Shown: positions 17,689 to 28,727 of the stretch, one piece after another
Layout: each line of letters starts with the position of its first letter
Numbering within the stretch: the first letter of the stretch is position 1
Source of the DNA: a virus
Lineage: Duplodnaviria > Caudoviricetes
Reading direction: 5' to 3' (one strand)
DNA length: 64,000 nt
IMG/VR virus record: IMGVR_UViG_3300025326_000030
Span: 753-64,752 of that record
Position numbers and translations under genes: made by a program
The notes under the pieces: generated by a model
Told to the model about the DNA's origin: nothing
The model's database searches: none
The model's input: the letters and a program-made list of their open reading frames with translations, nothing else

Positions 17689-20600
17689 TGGCTGGCTTAA
17701 CCTTTGAACTAAAGAACATTAGACCCTTTGAGGAAGAACTCAAGAATCTTGCTCAGATAGTGGATCGCGTCAATGCCACATTGGTATCTTCTCAAACAGG
17801 GTTTAATAATTTCAGTGAGTTTCTCGATACCGTAAAAGGGAAAATGGCAACCACTGGCGGACTAGATAAATCCACTGCCAACTTTACCCAGGTTTTTGAT
17901 TCTATCGTAGGTTCTCTTAAAGGTGCAGGATTAGTTACTACTGGTAGTTCGACTATTCTCCAAAGTGCCAAGGCAATTCAAATACTAATTTCTAGTATTG
18001 GGCAAATCAACACAGCAATTGCCTCAATGCCTGCCGAAGTCGATGCTGAACGAATTACACGCATGTCTACTATGTTAACTGCTATCTCAAAAGCCTTGTC
18101 AGGATTTTCACAGATTAGCGGTGTTTCTATACAAGGTGTTGGTTCTGGCTTGCAGTCTATTATTTCCGCGCTTCAAGAGATTATGGCATTTTTTACCCAA
18201 TATGCAGTAGTTATTGGTAATCGTTCCTTTCTTGATAGACTATTTGGTAGAAACCCTCAAACCGATCCAGTTGTACAAGCAATACAAAGATTAGGTCCCA
18301 TAGTATCTGTCATTTCAACTGCCTTGATTCCATTATCAAGGTTTAACTTTTCAAATCTAGTTAATGTTGGACCCACATTAAATGGCATCCTAAATTTCTT
18401 AAGAGACTTCGCGCTTTTTTCGTCCAATGTAGAGTTGACCAAAACGGTTCAGACCACGCGCTTCTTTTTTTTCAAAAAGACAACTATCGAAGCGGCTGAT
18501 TTCATCCAATCACTTATACCTGTTATGTCGGTATTGACCAAGGCGCTTTCTGCATTATCGGGAGTGACCATTAGTAGTGGTTCAGCCGCCAATTTTACTA
18601 ACTTATTACATGCCATAAGTCAAATAATTAATACTTTTGCAACACTAGATTTAACTAAGGCAGACACACAAACTTCTCGTGGTGGATTTCTTGGTTTCTT
18701 TAAACGAGAAGCAGGTTCTATTGGTATTATGGTTGAAACCTTTAAAGTTATTGGGAAAGCCCTAGATCAACTGGGATCATCTACCAAAAAATTGGGAACT
18801 AATCAAATCAAAAACTTAGATGATTTATCTAATGTTCTCGGACGCATTGCCAGAGTCTTTGAGAAATTTAAAGGAATAGGTGATGTTTCTGGAATGGCAA
18901 AACAAATTACTCTTGCAATGTCCGAGTTTTCTAAAATTGCTATGCCTACATCTGCAAAAACATCCTTTTCTACTAAATTGCTTGGAGGATTAACTGAAGG
19001 ATTATCGGATATTGTTCGAGTAGGGGGTACTCTTACAAAATTTGGGATAACGGCGACAACAGCAATTGCCAAGGGATTAACTCATCCAACCGTTTTGGGC
19101 GTCTTAAAAAAGGCGGGCAGCTTTCTCTTTGACGATTTTATTCAAGCCGCCAGAGACAAACTTGAAATGAGTTCTCCCTCACGAGTATTTATGCGAATGG
19201 GGACTTCTATAATTGATGGCCTTAGACAAGGTTTGACTGGACTCGCTTCACTTGCTACTGGTATGGCAAAAGGATTTGTAGATGCTTTCACTAACGGTCT
19301 ACGCAGTCTGCAAACGCAAATAGGAAATATAGGACAGTCCCTAACCACTACTGGGCGCAGCATGTTCTACGGAGGGCGAAATCTTGCTATCGCTGGCGGT
19401 ATCGGTGCACTCATTGCGGGTAATCGCACTCAGATGGTTGCCGAGTTTGACCAAACCCTTAATCAGATTCGTATCTTCGGAAACCTTCAGGGTGAAGCCC
19501 TTCAGGAAGTCTCGGATAAGGTTCTTCAGTTTAGTGCTGAAACTATCTTCGACCCACAACAAAGTGCAGCGGCATTCCTTGGTTTACAAAAAGCAGGTCT
19601 GAGCGTAATTGAATCGCTTCGCGTCTTGCCAGAAGTAGGCAATCTGGCAGCGGCGGGCAATATGGACCTGACACAGGCTACTATGGCAGTTGTGAGTGCA
19701 ATGCAAGCCTTTGGGTTATCTGTTGAAAATACTACGGACATCGTAGACAGTTATTCACAGGCAGCTAATCTCTCCACTGCTGAAGTAGCTGGACTTCAAG
19801 AAGGCATGTCTAATGTAGGTCCTATCGCTCACTCTTTTGGCTTATCTTTTGACCAGACGGTAGCAATTCTTTCCATGTTCAACGATGCAGGCGTTCGTGG
19901 TGCTGAAGCAGGCACCCAATTAAAGAGCATGTTGACCAATCTGACTCGTCCAACCAATGATGTGCAAAATGCCTTTAAGGAACTGGGGGTCTCACTTACC
20001 GATTCTGAGGGTAACTTTAAGGGTATCCAGCAGATTATCAATGAACTCTCTCACAGCATGTATGATATGAAAACCATTACGGTACAGGTTGGGGGAGGAA
20101 TTGCTGAAGAAAATAAGCAAATGCTAGAAGATGCGGGTGATGCTTATGCCGCTGCTGATCGACAATTGCGCCTAACCGACGCGGGCTTGCGAACTACTTC
20201 TGCTCGTCGGCGTACAGAACTAGAAGCCATTCGCGTCAATGCAACAGGAGTTATTGCCGAAATTACGGGTAGTCAAGAAAAAGCCCAATATGTTACTACT
20301 CAAATTACTCGCTCTCAGTCTGAGAACTTCCGTACTATTCAGGAGTTGGCAGGTCGCTATGGTCAGATTGGCTTAAGTATTTTGCTCTCTCAAGATGCTG
20401 ATGCAATTGACAAATTCGTAGCTGAAATGGACACGGTTCCCACTGCGGCAAAAGTAGCCTCTGAAATGATGAATACCTTTAAGGGCAGAATCGAATCTCT
20501 CAAGGGTTCTATTCAGACCTTAACTATTAAGGCGTTCATGCCCCTTATGAATCATGTACTGAAACCCATCTTTGATGTTCTGATTCGAGTAGTGAATGCC

Positions 20601-23600
20601 TTTGCATCGTTACCAGGACCGATCTTAGCAATCTTCGCTGGCATTCTTGTATTGGGAGCAGCCCTTACTACCTTTATTGGAATTGGTATGTTGCTAATCA
20701 GTGCTGTATTGATACCATTGGGAATTATGTTTACGGCAGTTAGCATGGCTATTGGTGCAGTTCTCTTTGTTATCACTAACCCATTAGGGTTAATTGCCAT
20801 GTTCGCAGGTGTTGTTTTAGCAGGAGGAGCATTAATCATTTTCTTTACTGCCCTAACAGGCGCAATTGCCTTTGTTGGTGGTGCATTTGCTATTTTCATT
20901 AATGAATTTCGCAAGAGTGAAGAGGCAATGGATTCTCTTAAGCGATTTACAGATGCTATCAAGAATTTCTTTAGTGCCGTGAAGGAGGCTATTAGTACAC
21001 TATTTGATTTTATTGGTGCCTTTAGTGATGTGATGGGACAGTCCTCAAGTGTAAACAATGCAATGCAACCCGTTACCAACTTCTTCGATGGCATTACAGA
21101 GAAAATTAATAAAGCTACTCAGGGCTTACAAGAATTCAAACAATTCCTAGACCTACTATCAGATACTCACGCATTTACTCAGGGCGGTATTCCAGATACA
21201 ACGGCTGCCATTAGTGATCAGATAAATGCACTAGATAGGGCAATTGACGCTTATGACCAATTAGAGGGAGCTACTACGCAAGCCCAGACTACGCAACCAA
21301 CTCATACCGTTGCATCAGGAGAGAGCATTTGGTCAATTGCCCAAGCTAATAACATGACTGTTCCAGAATTACTTGCACTTAATCCAGATATTCCAACTAT
21401 ACAAACACAAGGAACAATTAGCACTTCTCAAGAGGCTGTTCAGGGGTTAACCGCACCAAGAACTATTCCAATTATTCGTCCTGGTCAGCAAATTAATCTC
21501 GCCCCTGCGCAGTCTCAAAATCAGGAATTATCAGACCTGATTAAACAACGACAAGACCTTATTGAAAGACAGCGGTTTATCCAGAAAGACGAAGAGGCTT
21601 TCTACAGCGGCATTTCGGAAGAACAACGTTTTACCACAGGACTGCAATCACGAATTGAGGCTTTCTCGAAAACTGGATTGGGGCAAAAAATATTTGGTAT
21701 GTTTGGTATCAAGGGAGATGATATTGGAAGTTTCCTTTTTGCTCTAGCACCCATAGAAGGAACCTTTAAGGATATTGGTGTCGCAATAGATAAAGTTAAG
21801 AAAAGTATTGTTGGTCTTTTCACTGGGAAAAATGGATTAGGCGATATTGCGCTCAATATACAACGCCTTTTTGGTGAAGGCAGTGTCCTTTTTGAGCAAC
21901 TTACCGGAGCAGATATTTCAGACAGATTACAGAAAATCCTACTTGAGGGAACCACTAAGGATTTGTTGGGATATATTGGCGACATAGTTCTAAACTTCTT
22001 TATTTCACTTGGTGGTCTTATTGTTGAAGGCATGTTATCACTTATCCGTTCTATGGCAAAAAGCTTGATAACTTCTTTAACCAGAATGTTTAGAGAAGCG
22101 GTGGGAGAAGAAGTTTATGGCAATGTTCTGGCTGGCTTTTCGCGGTTAGGTGAAAAATTCAGAGAATTTCGGGATTCACTTGCAGAGTTCGCACAATCTG
22201 AACAAGGGCAAGCACTTATTTGGCTACTTAAACAAATTGGGGCAGGATTACTTATCGTTGCGGGAATTCTTGGCGGTATTCTAATTGTAAATATTACCAT
22301 GATGATGAGTGTTATCCGTCCCATTCTGGACGTATTGGGTAATCTTGCACTTATCATTCAGGGTATTGCTCAGGGAGATTGGACTAAAGTTACAACTGGT
22401 CTGTCTGGACTGGGAGAAGCCCTTATAGACCTGCCTTTGTCCATTCTTGCTGGAATTACTGATGGGCTTTCCATTATCGCAACTTTTCTGGGTGATGAAG
22501 AACTCGCTGGCAAATTTGATCGCGCCGGAGTATCTATCAAAAAGTTTGGCGAGGATGTTAAAGCTACCGCAGGTGAGGGCTTTGATAAGATTATTGCTTT
22601 TGTGGCAGGTCTCAATATTGACTGGGAAGGAATTGGCACGAGCATCAGCGGCTTCTTTGATAAGATAAAAGTTGCGGTTGGCGAATTTGATTTTGGATAC
22701 AACTGGACTAAGCTTAAAGAGTTTGTCAGTGCGGTTGGTGATTATGTCAGCACCCTAAATCTTGAAAAACTGGGAACTGATATTGCCACCTTCTTTACAG
22801 CTATCAAAAATTCAGTTGCGACCATTAATTTTGGGGACGCATGGGGAGATGTAAAAGAATTCCTTAGTGGTATGCTAACTGCAATTAGTGGGTTTACATT
22901 ACCAGTTGGCATAAGTGATTTGTCTGGGGTACTGGCTCCTATTTCGAGTTTTATTGATACCCTTCAGGGCATTATTGATAAAGTTGATGATACCTTTATA
23001 GCAGGTTTCAATGAAGTTAAAGGCGTTATCAATAGCGCAAGCGGATTATTGGGCTTGGGCGGGGGAGTAGAGGAAAGACCACAAGGTCCTAGACAACCTA
23101 CTACTGGCATAGACACCTTTGCGCTGGCAACTCAAGGAATAACAACCTTGATAGATCAGGAATCTATTGACGCAGCTATGCAACCTCTCATTGATAAGCT
23201 AATAGAAATTGGCACTCTCGCAGATACGACAGTCTCTAACATTTTAACTTACTTCTTCAATATGCCCACCAGTCTGACCATTAGCGTGGATAATATTAGC
23301 GCCACACTGCAACCACTTATCACCAAGTTTCAGGCGGTTGAATCGGCAGTGCGCGGAGCAGCAGATTCTATTAATCTCTTCCGACAACTAATGGGCGGCG
23401 GGGCAACTGTTCCTATTCCACAACATGCCTATGGCGGCAGTATTCCAGCAGGTCAATTAGTTGAGTTTAATGAACAACGCAAGAATGTACCTTTTGAAAC
23501 CTTTCAGGTTGGTAATCGCAATTATCTGCTTTCCTCACAACCTGGGTATATGCACTCACCTTTAGGGGGAGGCATGACTGGCGGTAACATTACTGGGGAT

Positions 23601-23744
23601 ACCTATTATTCCGAAACTGTTCAAGTAGAGATTAATGGGACCAACCTATCACCCGATCAGTTGGCTTCTGCGGTAGAAGAAGGTATCAATCGCAGAAATC
23701 AGCGCGATCCGGCGCGTTTGAGATTGCTGAGGGCAGGAAAATGA
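17688..23744 (+). CDS. Tape measure protein with internal LysM domain
   Basis: 2018 aa, TP901-type core (GVRGAEAGTQLKSML, LGVSLTDSEGNFK), hydrophobic segment, amphipathic repeats; HTVASGESIWSIAQANNMTVPELLALNP LysM. Confidence 0.92.
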   Translation: MAGLTFELKNIRPFEEELKNLAQIVDRVNATLVSSQTGFNNFSEFLDTVKGKMATTGGLDKSTANFTQVFDSIVGSLKGAGLVTTGSSTILQSAKAIQILISSIGQINTAIASMPAEVDAERITRMSTMLTAISKALSGFSQISGVSIQGVGSGLQSIISALQEIMAFFTQYAVVIGNRSFLDRLFGRNPQTDPVVQAIQRLGPIVSVISTALIPLSRFNFSNLVNVGPTLNGILNFLRDFALFSSNVELTKTVQTTRFFFFKKTTIEAADFIQSLIPVMSVLTKALSALSGVTISSGSAANFTNLLHAISQIINTFATLDLTKADTQTSRGGFLGFFKREAGSIGIMVETFKVIGKALDQLGSSTKKLGTNQIKNLDDLSNVLGRIARVFEKFKGIGDVSGMAKQITLAMSEFSKIAMPTSAKTSFSTKLLGGLTEGLSDIVRVGGTLTKFGITATTAIAKGLTHPTVLGVLKKAGSFLFDDFIQAARDKLEMSSPSRVFMRMGTSIIDGLRQGLTGLASLATGMAKGFVDAFTNGLRSLQTQIGNIGQSLTTTGRSMFYGGRNLAIAGGIGALIAGNRTQMVAEFDQTLNQIRIFGNLQGEALQEVSDKVLQFSAETIFDPQQSAAAFLGLQKAGLSVIESLRVLPEVGNLAAAGNMDLTQATMAVVSAMQAFGLSVENTTDIVDSYSQAANLSTAEVAGLQEGMSNVGPIAHSFGLSFDQTVAILSMFNDAGVRGAEAGTQLKSMLTNLTRPTNDVQNAFKELGVSLTDSEGNFKGIQQIINELSHSMYDMKTITVQVGGGIAEENKQMLEDAGDAYAAADRQLRLTDAGLRTTSARRRTELEAIRVNATGVIAEITGSQEKAQYVTTQITRSQSENFRTIQELAGRYGQIGLSILLSQDADAIDKFVAEMDTVPTAAKVASEMMNTFKGRIESLKGSIQTLTIKAFMPLMNHVLKPIFDVLIRVVNAFASLPGPILAIFAGILVLGAALTTFIGIGMLLISAVLIPLGIMFTAVSMAIGAVLFVITNPLGLIAMFAGVVLAGGALIIFFTALTGAIAFVGGAFAIFINEFRKSEEAMDSLKRFTDAIKNFFSAVKEAISTLFDFIGAFSDVMGQSSSVNNAMQPVTNFFDGITEKINKATQGLQEFKQFLDLLSDTHAFTQGGIPDTTAAISDQINALDRAIDAYDQLEGATTQAQTTQPTHTVASGESIWSIAQANNMTVPELLALNPDIPTIQTQGTISTSQEAVQGLTAPRTIPIIRPGQQINLAPAQSQNQELSDLIKQRQDLIERQRFIQKDEEAFYSGISEEQRFTTGLQSRIEAFSKTGLGQKIFGMFGIKGDDIGSFLFALAPIEGTFKDIGVAIDKVKKSIVGLFTGKNGLGDIALNIQRLFGEGSVLFEQLTGADISDRLQKILLEGTTKDLLGYIGDIVLNFFISLGGLIVEGMLSLIRSMAKSLITSLTRMFREAVGEEVYGNVLAGFSRLGEKFREFRDSLAEFAQSEQGQALIWLLKQIGAGLLIVAGILGGILIVNITMMMSVIRPILDVLGNLALIIQGIAQGDWTKVTTGLSGLGEALIDLPLSILAGITDGLSIIATFLGDEELAGKFDRAGVSIKKFGEDVKATAGEGFDKIIAFVAGLNIDWEGIGTSISGFFDKIKVAVGEFDFGYNWTKLKEFVSAVGDYVSTLNLEKLGTDIATFFTAIKNSVATINFGDAWGDVKEFLSGMLTAISGFTLPVGISDLSGVLAPISSFIDTLQGIIDKVDDTFIAGFNEVKGVINSASGLLGLGGGVEERPQGPRQPTTGIDTFALATQGITTLIDQESIDAAMQPLIDKLIEIGTLADTTVSNILTYFFNMPTSLTISVDNISATLQPLITKFQAVESAVRGAADSINLFRQLMGGGATVPIPQHAYGGSIPAGQLVEFNEQRKNVPFETFQVGNRNYLLSSQPGYMHSPLGGGMTGGNITGDTYYSETVQVEINGTNLSPDQLASAVEEGINRRNQRDPARLRLLRAGK

Positions 23745-24853
23745 TTCGTCTTTTTCAAATCGGACATGTTCGCCTTACCCATACCATGTTCCCATCAGAC
23801 CAATATGATTTGGTCTATGCACCACGAATCAGTGCTTTGGGACAGTCCCAGGATATGAGTTGGACACCCAACAAGCGCCTTTCTTTTGGTGGTCGTGGAT
23901 TTAAGAGCGAATCTTTTACCATTAGAGAAGTGCTTATCAATAACAGTCGCTATATGGCTGATCAGCGCAAGGCTAAATTTGACCAACTTATTGGCTTGCC
24001 AGTAGTAGACTTTATCGCCTATATTCCTCTTAATGAATGTGCCGAATGGGATATATTGGGAAATTATGATGCACTTTATGATGCTGGTGTTCTATGGGTT
24101 TATAACACAGGATATATAAAGTCGGTAAAACCAGACCATAAGAACCATTCAATTGAGATAGAATGCGAGGTTCAGAATTTCTGGGAACCCATCAATCGTT
24201 TCTTATGGCAATTTACTCCTACTCCTGGTGGAATGGCATTTAGTTCAGAGGACGGAACACTTTCTGCATTGCCCATCACCTACAACGATTTTACTTTTGC
24301 AGCAGATTGGATGTGGTCGAGGAAGTTTTATGAGAATGCTTTTTACTTATTTGACCCTGATATTTGGGAAACTTGGCATACTGAATTGCCAGAAGGGTAT
24401 CCTATTACTGGATGGGGAACCAATTGGACCACTGAAACAGCTTTCTCATTTACCAATCCTTTTAGCGGTTTATTTGCTGGACTTTCTCGTTCGCTTTATC
24501 AGTGGACGGGATTACCTGACGGTGGGTCTATTATACTTTCTGTCACGCATGGTGAGAATTTATGGAATACACGTACCTCTATTGCCTCTTTGCATCTCGG
24601 CATTTTGAATACGGACTTGAATGATGCGGGATATACTGGCTTGTTAGATGACGATATTCTTGTGGTTGCGAATTATAACCAATACAATTCCTTTGTGCTT
24701 CGAGATAATGTTATCATTACTGAGGTGTATCCGCGTTGGAATTATAACTCGCCGCTCTTGGGATCAACCGGAATGGGAAATAATATCCTTTCACTTACTT
24801 ATCCAATTGAGGGTGTCTTAAGCGCCCAATTGCATAACTTCAGAATTATTTAG
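23741..24853 (+). CDS. Probable distal tail protein
   Basis: Immediately after tape measure with ATGA coupling. Confidence 0.5.
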   Translation: MIRLFQIGHVRLTHTMFPSDQYDLVYAPRISALGQSQDMSWTPNKRLSFGGRGFKSESFTIREVLINNSRYMADQRKAKFDQLIGLPVVDFIAYIPLNECAEWDILGNYDALYDAGVLWVYNTGYIKSVKPDHKNHSIEIECEVQNFWEPINRFLWQFTPTPGGMAFSSEDGTLSALPITYNDFTFAADWMWSRKFYENAFYLFDPDIWETWHTELPEGYPITGWGTNWTTETAFSFTNPFSGLFAGLSRSLYQWTGLPDGGSIILSVTHGENLWNTRTSIASLHLGILNTDLNDAGYTGLLDDDILVVANYNQYNSFVLRDNVIITEVYPRWNYNSPLLGSTGMGNNILSLTYPIEGVLSAQLHNFRII

Positions 24854-24863
24854 GACTGTCCCC

Positions 24864-27800
24864 ATGCTATATGCTTATGTTGGCGATGTGTTTTGCGAGG
24901 CAGAGAATGTCAAAATTGAGCGTTCCATTGATGGCGTTGGAACCTGTAGTTTTACTGCATCGGCTTATCGGTTTTTGAATGATGATGATCCGGCTAAAAT
25001 ACTTAGTTTGCCACGACAATTGCAAAATCAGGTCTATACACTCTACTTTGGCAATACATTAGTATCCAGTGGCATTGTCGAAAATGGAGTTCCAACCTTT
25101 ATTGAAAGTAGCGATATAGATACTATCCAATTTAATTGTACGGCTGAGTTGGGATTGCTTTATAGAGAGCGCGGATTCTCAGGCGCAAGTTATAATGATG
25201 AACCCGTGTTATTTATTGTTGCAGACTTGCTATCGCAATCTGAAGAATCAGATTGGCAGGTCGGATATTTTGAGGGTTTGGATGAGACTATTGTCACTAC
25301 AATAGACTTACGAGACAAAGAAACACTTTATGCTCAACTAAAAGCCTTGACTGAGCGTGTACCAGAATTTTACATTCGTTATGGTAGTATTTTTGAGGGA
25401 TTTTATCGTCTTGATGTAGGACCATTAGGAGATAAGTCTGGGGCTAGTTTTATTCAGGGGCTTAATCTGGTTAGTTCTAAGCAAATTGCACTTGCCAAGA
25501 AGCAACTTTATGAAATAGAAGCCTTTGGCGGTAGTGCGGTTAGCAGAGAAGTTTACCTTAAAGATGCTTACGATTATGACAACGCGCTTGCAACTCACTA
25601 CCGTTATCCAGTGGTTGAGAAAGATGATGGCACATGGGTAGTTCGAGATTTGCTTTTTTCTGATGGAGACAAAGTTATTAAACGCTTCAAAGATATTGTA
25701 CCTGCCAATCTGGATCGCCTGATTCCCAGTGCAGTTCAGGCAGCGGGATATGGATTATGGCAAGCCTGTGTAAATGAGTTCATTTCTGTTAACGGAGAGA
25801 TTGAAAATTACACCATTGAAATTGTCGAGAGTCCATCTGAGGGTAATACCAATGTTCTAAGTAGTGACATTGATTACATCGTTAATGACACAAATGACTA
25901 CATCTCAAATGATGATGGAGATTTACTTGCGCGGTTAGGTAGTGGAAGTTATAGCACGGTTACATTATCATCTTCCACTCTGGGAGAACACAATTCTGAA
26001 ATCATGGTGGATACCGATGTGTTTCTAATGGGGAATGTATTGGATGAAACCTATGCCAGTGCTAATCAAGACACTGATACCAACTTGACTCGTGCAACTT
26101 CTTATCTAGATAAATTAGCTCAACCCGTTTCTATTGGTACGGCGCAAAATATTACACAGATTCGCCTCTGGATGAAGAAGATTGGTTCTCCAACTGGAAC
26201 CATGACTCTACGACTTGAAACCAATAGTGCGGGAGAACCATCAGGTACGCTTGCCCATGCGAATGCTACTACTACTGTTGCCGAAAGCGGCTTGGCAGTT
26301 GGATATGACTGGATTGCTTTTGATTTTACGGATTTTTCTGTATCTGCTGGTACTTATTGGTTAGTGCTTACTACTACCCGCGCACCTTCAGCCACAAACT
26401 ATATCGCATGGGGAACTGACGCAAGTGCTCCAAGTTATGCCAGTGGCGGAATGCTTGGCAGAGATGCGCGATACATTTGGTCGGATAGTCATGGAACCAA
26501 TCATCTCTCTGACGTTACTGGCGTTTTCCCAACTACAGGCATTCAAGGCAATGCCGCGCAGTTCGTGGCGGCGAATACGAATTATTTGTACTGCGCCTCA
26601 AATGCGGATTTAGCGGGCGCAGATGCAAAATTTGCTTTTATTGGGTGGGTCAATTTTGATTCACTTGCTACACTGCAATGTATTCTGAGCAAGTATGGCA
26701 ACGCGGGTGATAGAGAATATCTTCTTTGGATGGATCAAAGCACCAGTAAAATGCGATTCACCGTCAGCAACGATGGCACGGCAACCAGTGGGGTTGTCTC
26801 TACGGTCGTGCTTGCACCCAGCACAAATTATTTAGTGGCGGCGTGGCATGATTCGGTGGCAAATGTACTAGGAATAGCAGTGAATGGCACAATCACAACC
26901 GCTTCCTATAGCAACGGTGTCTGGACTGGAACTTACAATTTTCAGATTGGCAAATATGCAGCCGCTTCGGGTTATCTTGGTGCTCATCTAGATGAGTGGG
27001 GAAAATGGAATGGTTGGGTACCAGATGCGACAGCCTTAGCCGCGCTCTACAATGGCGGGGCGGGCGTGACCTATGCAGAATTAGCGGGGTTGGGACTGGA
27101 CACCGGGCTGGTAAGCTATTGGAAGCTAGATGATACCAATCCTAATCCCTATACTGTTCTTGCTGTAGATGGATGTTTTGAGATCTATTCATCACTAAGT
27201 GGATTAGCTCAATCTTTTACTCTTAGTTCTTCAAAAACCATTGACAGGTTAAGATTGTGGCTAAAGAAGATTGCTCTTCCAACAGGAATAGCAACCATCG
27301 AGGTCCAAACTAATAATGCAGGGGTGCCTTCGGGAACCCTGGTAGACACTAATGCCACAACCACAGTAAATGAGACCGATCTGGATACTGCCTATGAGTG
27401 GATTCTGGCAAATTTTAGCAATTTTAATCTTGATGCTGGAATTTACTGGATTGTATTAACTACTGATAGGGCATTAGACGCTGCTAATTATATTGCGTGG
27501 GGGACGGTAGCTACTACGCCTGCTTATTCTGGGGGAGAGATGAAATCTTATACATCTCTATGGTCTGCCGAAAACAAGGATGCCGCGTTTGGGGTTTTCT
27601 ATATTCTTTCAGAATCTATTACACTTTTTCTTGCTCAGACATTTACCTTTGATTCCAATTTGGTTAATGAACTTAGCAATCCGGTTCTTACCTTACAACC
27701 CGCCAGTGATGCCTATTTCCACAGCCTGTTACAGGTTCCATTGTTCAATCTTCATACACAATCCTACCAATGGATTGATATGTTAGAGATTAATGATTAC

Positions 27801-28727
27801 TTTCCTATTGCGAACATAAAGTTGGAATTTACCAAAGAACAGTTAATCAAAGTAACCATCACCACGGGCATTGAATCATTAGAGAAACTATTTGATACTG
27901 ATCTGGTTTTAGCCGAACGACAGAAGGCGGAATCGTCTTCTATATTGGGAATTGGCGAATATCCGTTGCCCAACAGTGTGGTATGCGAAATAGTTTCTGA
28001 TACAGCTTCAATGGTTCCACCTGATACCATGATGAGCGATGGGGCAGATGGCAAACTATTTTCTTTGGCTATTCCATCTCATCCTACTGGTGGGTCTTTG
28101 GCTTCGGGAGTAGTGCTTTTAACCAATGCAGTAGTGGGGACTTTTACGGGTTATTATAATATGGTCGCTCAACCCTTCACACTTGGTGGTAGGCTTACCA
28201 CTCTTAGTTTTAAATTGGGGGCAGCGGTAAATAGTCCTGAGAATTCTCTCACCTGGGAGATTCGACGAGATGAAAATGGATTGCCAGGACTCATTTTACA
28301 AACAGGCAGTTTTACACCTGTGGCAAGTTCAACCAATACCATTACGATTGAGCATGGCGTTGGGCTTAAGGATGCTACTCAATATTGGGCAGTTTTGCGA
28401 ACCACTTCTAATCAGGCAGTAGAAATTGGAGGCAGTCGATATTGGATATGGGAAGTTTCCAATGCCAGTTCGTTGGGGTCTTATGCAGTAAGCCCAGATG
28501 GAGCAACTTGGATAGAAGTGCCAGGGTCTACCGATCTTATTTTTTCAGTTGAAACTGATTTGCCAAGCCTACTATTCAGTGTCTTTTCTCCCAACAAGAA
28601 TGTTATAATTGAAACTGTTCAAGCTCCCAGTTCACCGTTGGGAGGATGGATTGGCAAAGTTGCCTTTCCTGGTGGATGGACTAGTAATTCCGAAGCGACT
28701 GTAAGGGGATTATTTATCTTCAAATGA
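24864..28727 (+). CDS. Tail tip/hub protein with repeated beta domains and a LamG-like domain
   Basis: 1287 aa; three related AQ.F...YW.VL domains; LamG-like region (FIGWVNF...HLDEWGKW...LYNGGAG...LVSYWKLDD). Confidence 0.7.
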   Translation: MLYAYVGDVFCEAENVKIERSIDGVGTCSFTASAYRFLNDDDPAKILSLPRQLQNQVYTLYFGNTLVSSGIVENGVPTFIESSDIDTIQFNCTAELGLLYRERGFSGASYNDEPVLFIVADLLSQSEESDWQVGYFEGLDETIVTTIDLRDKETLYAQLKALTERVPEFYIRYGSIFEGFYRLDVGPLGDKSGASFIQGLNLVSSKQIALAKKQLYEIEAFGGSAVSREVYLKDAYDYDNALATHYRYPVVEKDDGTWVVRDLLFSDGDKVIKRFKDIVPANLDRLIPSAVQAAGYGLWQACVNEFISVNGEIENYTIEIVESPSEGNTNVLSSDIDYIVNDTNDYISNDDGDLLARLGSGSYSTVTLSSSTLGEHNSEIMVDTDVFLMGNVLDETYASANQDTDTNLTRATSYLDKLAQPVSIGTAQNITQIRLWMKKIGSPTGTMTLRLETNSAGEPSGTLAHANATTTVAESGLAVGYDWIAFDFTDFSVSAGTYWLVLTTTRAPSATNYIAWGTDASAPSYASGGMLGRDARYIWSDSHGTNHLSDVTGVFPTTGIQGNAAQFVAANTNYLYCASNADLAGADAKFAFIGWVNFDSLATLQCILSKYGNAGDREYLLWMDQSTSKMRFTVSNDGTATSGVVSTVVLAPSTNYLVAAWHDSVANVLGIAVNGTITTASYSNGVWTGTYNFQIGKYAAASGYLGAHLDEWGKWNGWVPDATALAALYNGGAGVTYAELAGLGLDTGLVSYWKLDDTNPNPYTVLAVDGCFEIYSSLSGLAQSFTLSSSKTIDRLRLWLKKIALPTGIATIEVQTNNAGVPSGTLVDTNATTTVNETDLDTAYEWILANFSNFNLDAGIYWIVLTTDRALDAANYIAWGTVATTPAYSGGEMKSYTSLWSAENKDAAFGVFYILSESITLFLAQTFTFDSNLVNELSNPVLTLQPASDAYFHSLLQVPLFNLHTQSYQWIDMLEINDYFPIANIKLEFTKEQLIKVTITTGIESLEKLFDTDLVLAERQKAESSSILGIGEYPLPNSVVCEIVSDTASMVPPDTMMSDGADGKLFSLAIPSHPTGGSLASGVVLLTNAVVGTFTGYYNMVAQPFTLGGRLTTLSFKLGAAVNSPENSLTWEIRRDENGLPGLILQTGSFTPVASSTNTITIEHGVGLKDATQYWAVLRTTSNQAVEIGGSRYWIWEVSNASSLGSYAVSPDGATWIEVPGSTDLIFSVETDLPSLLFSVFSPNKNVIIETVQAPSSPLGGWIGKVAFPGGWTSNSEATVRGLFIFK

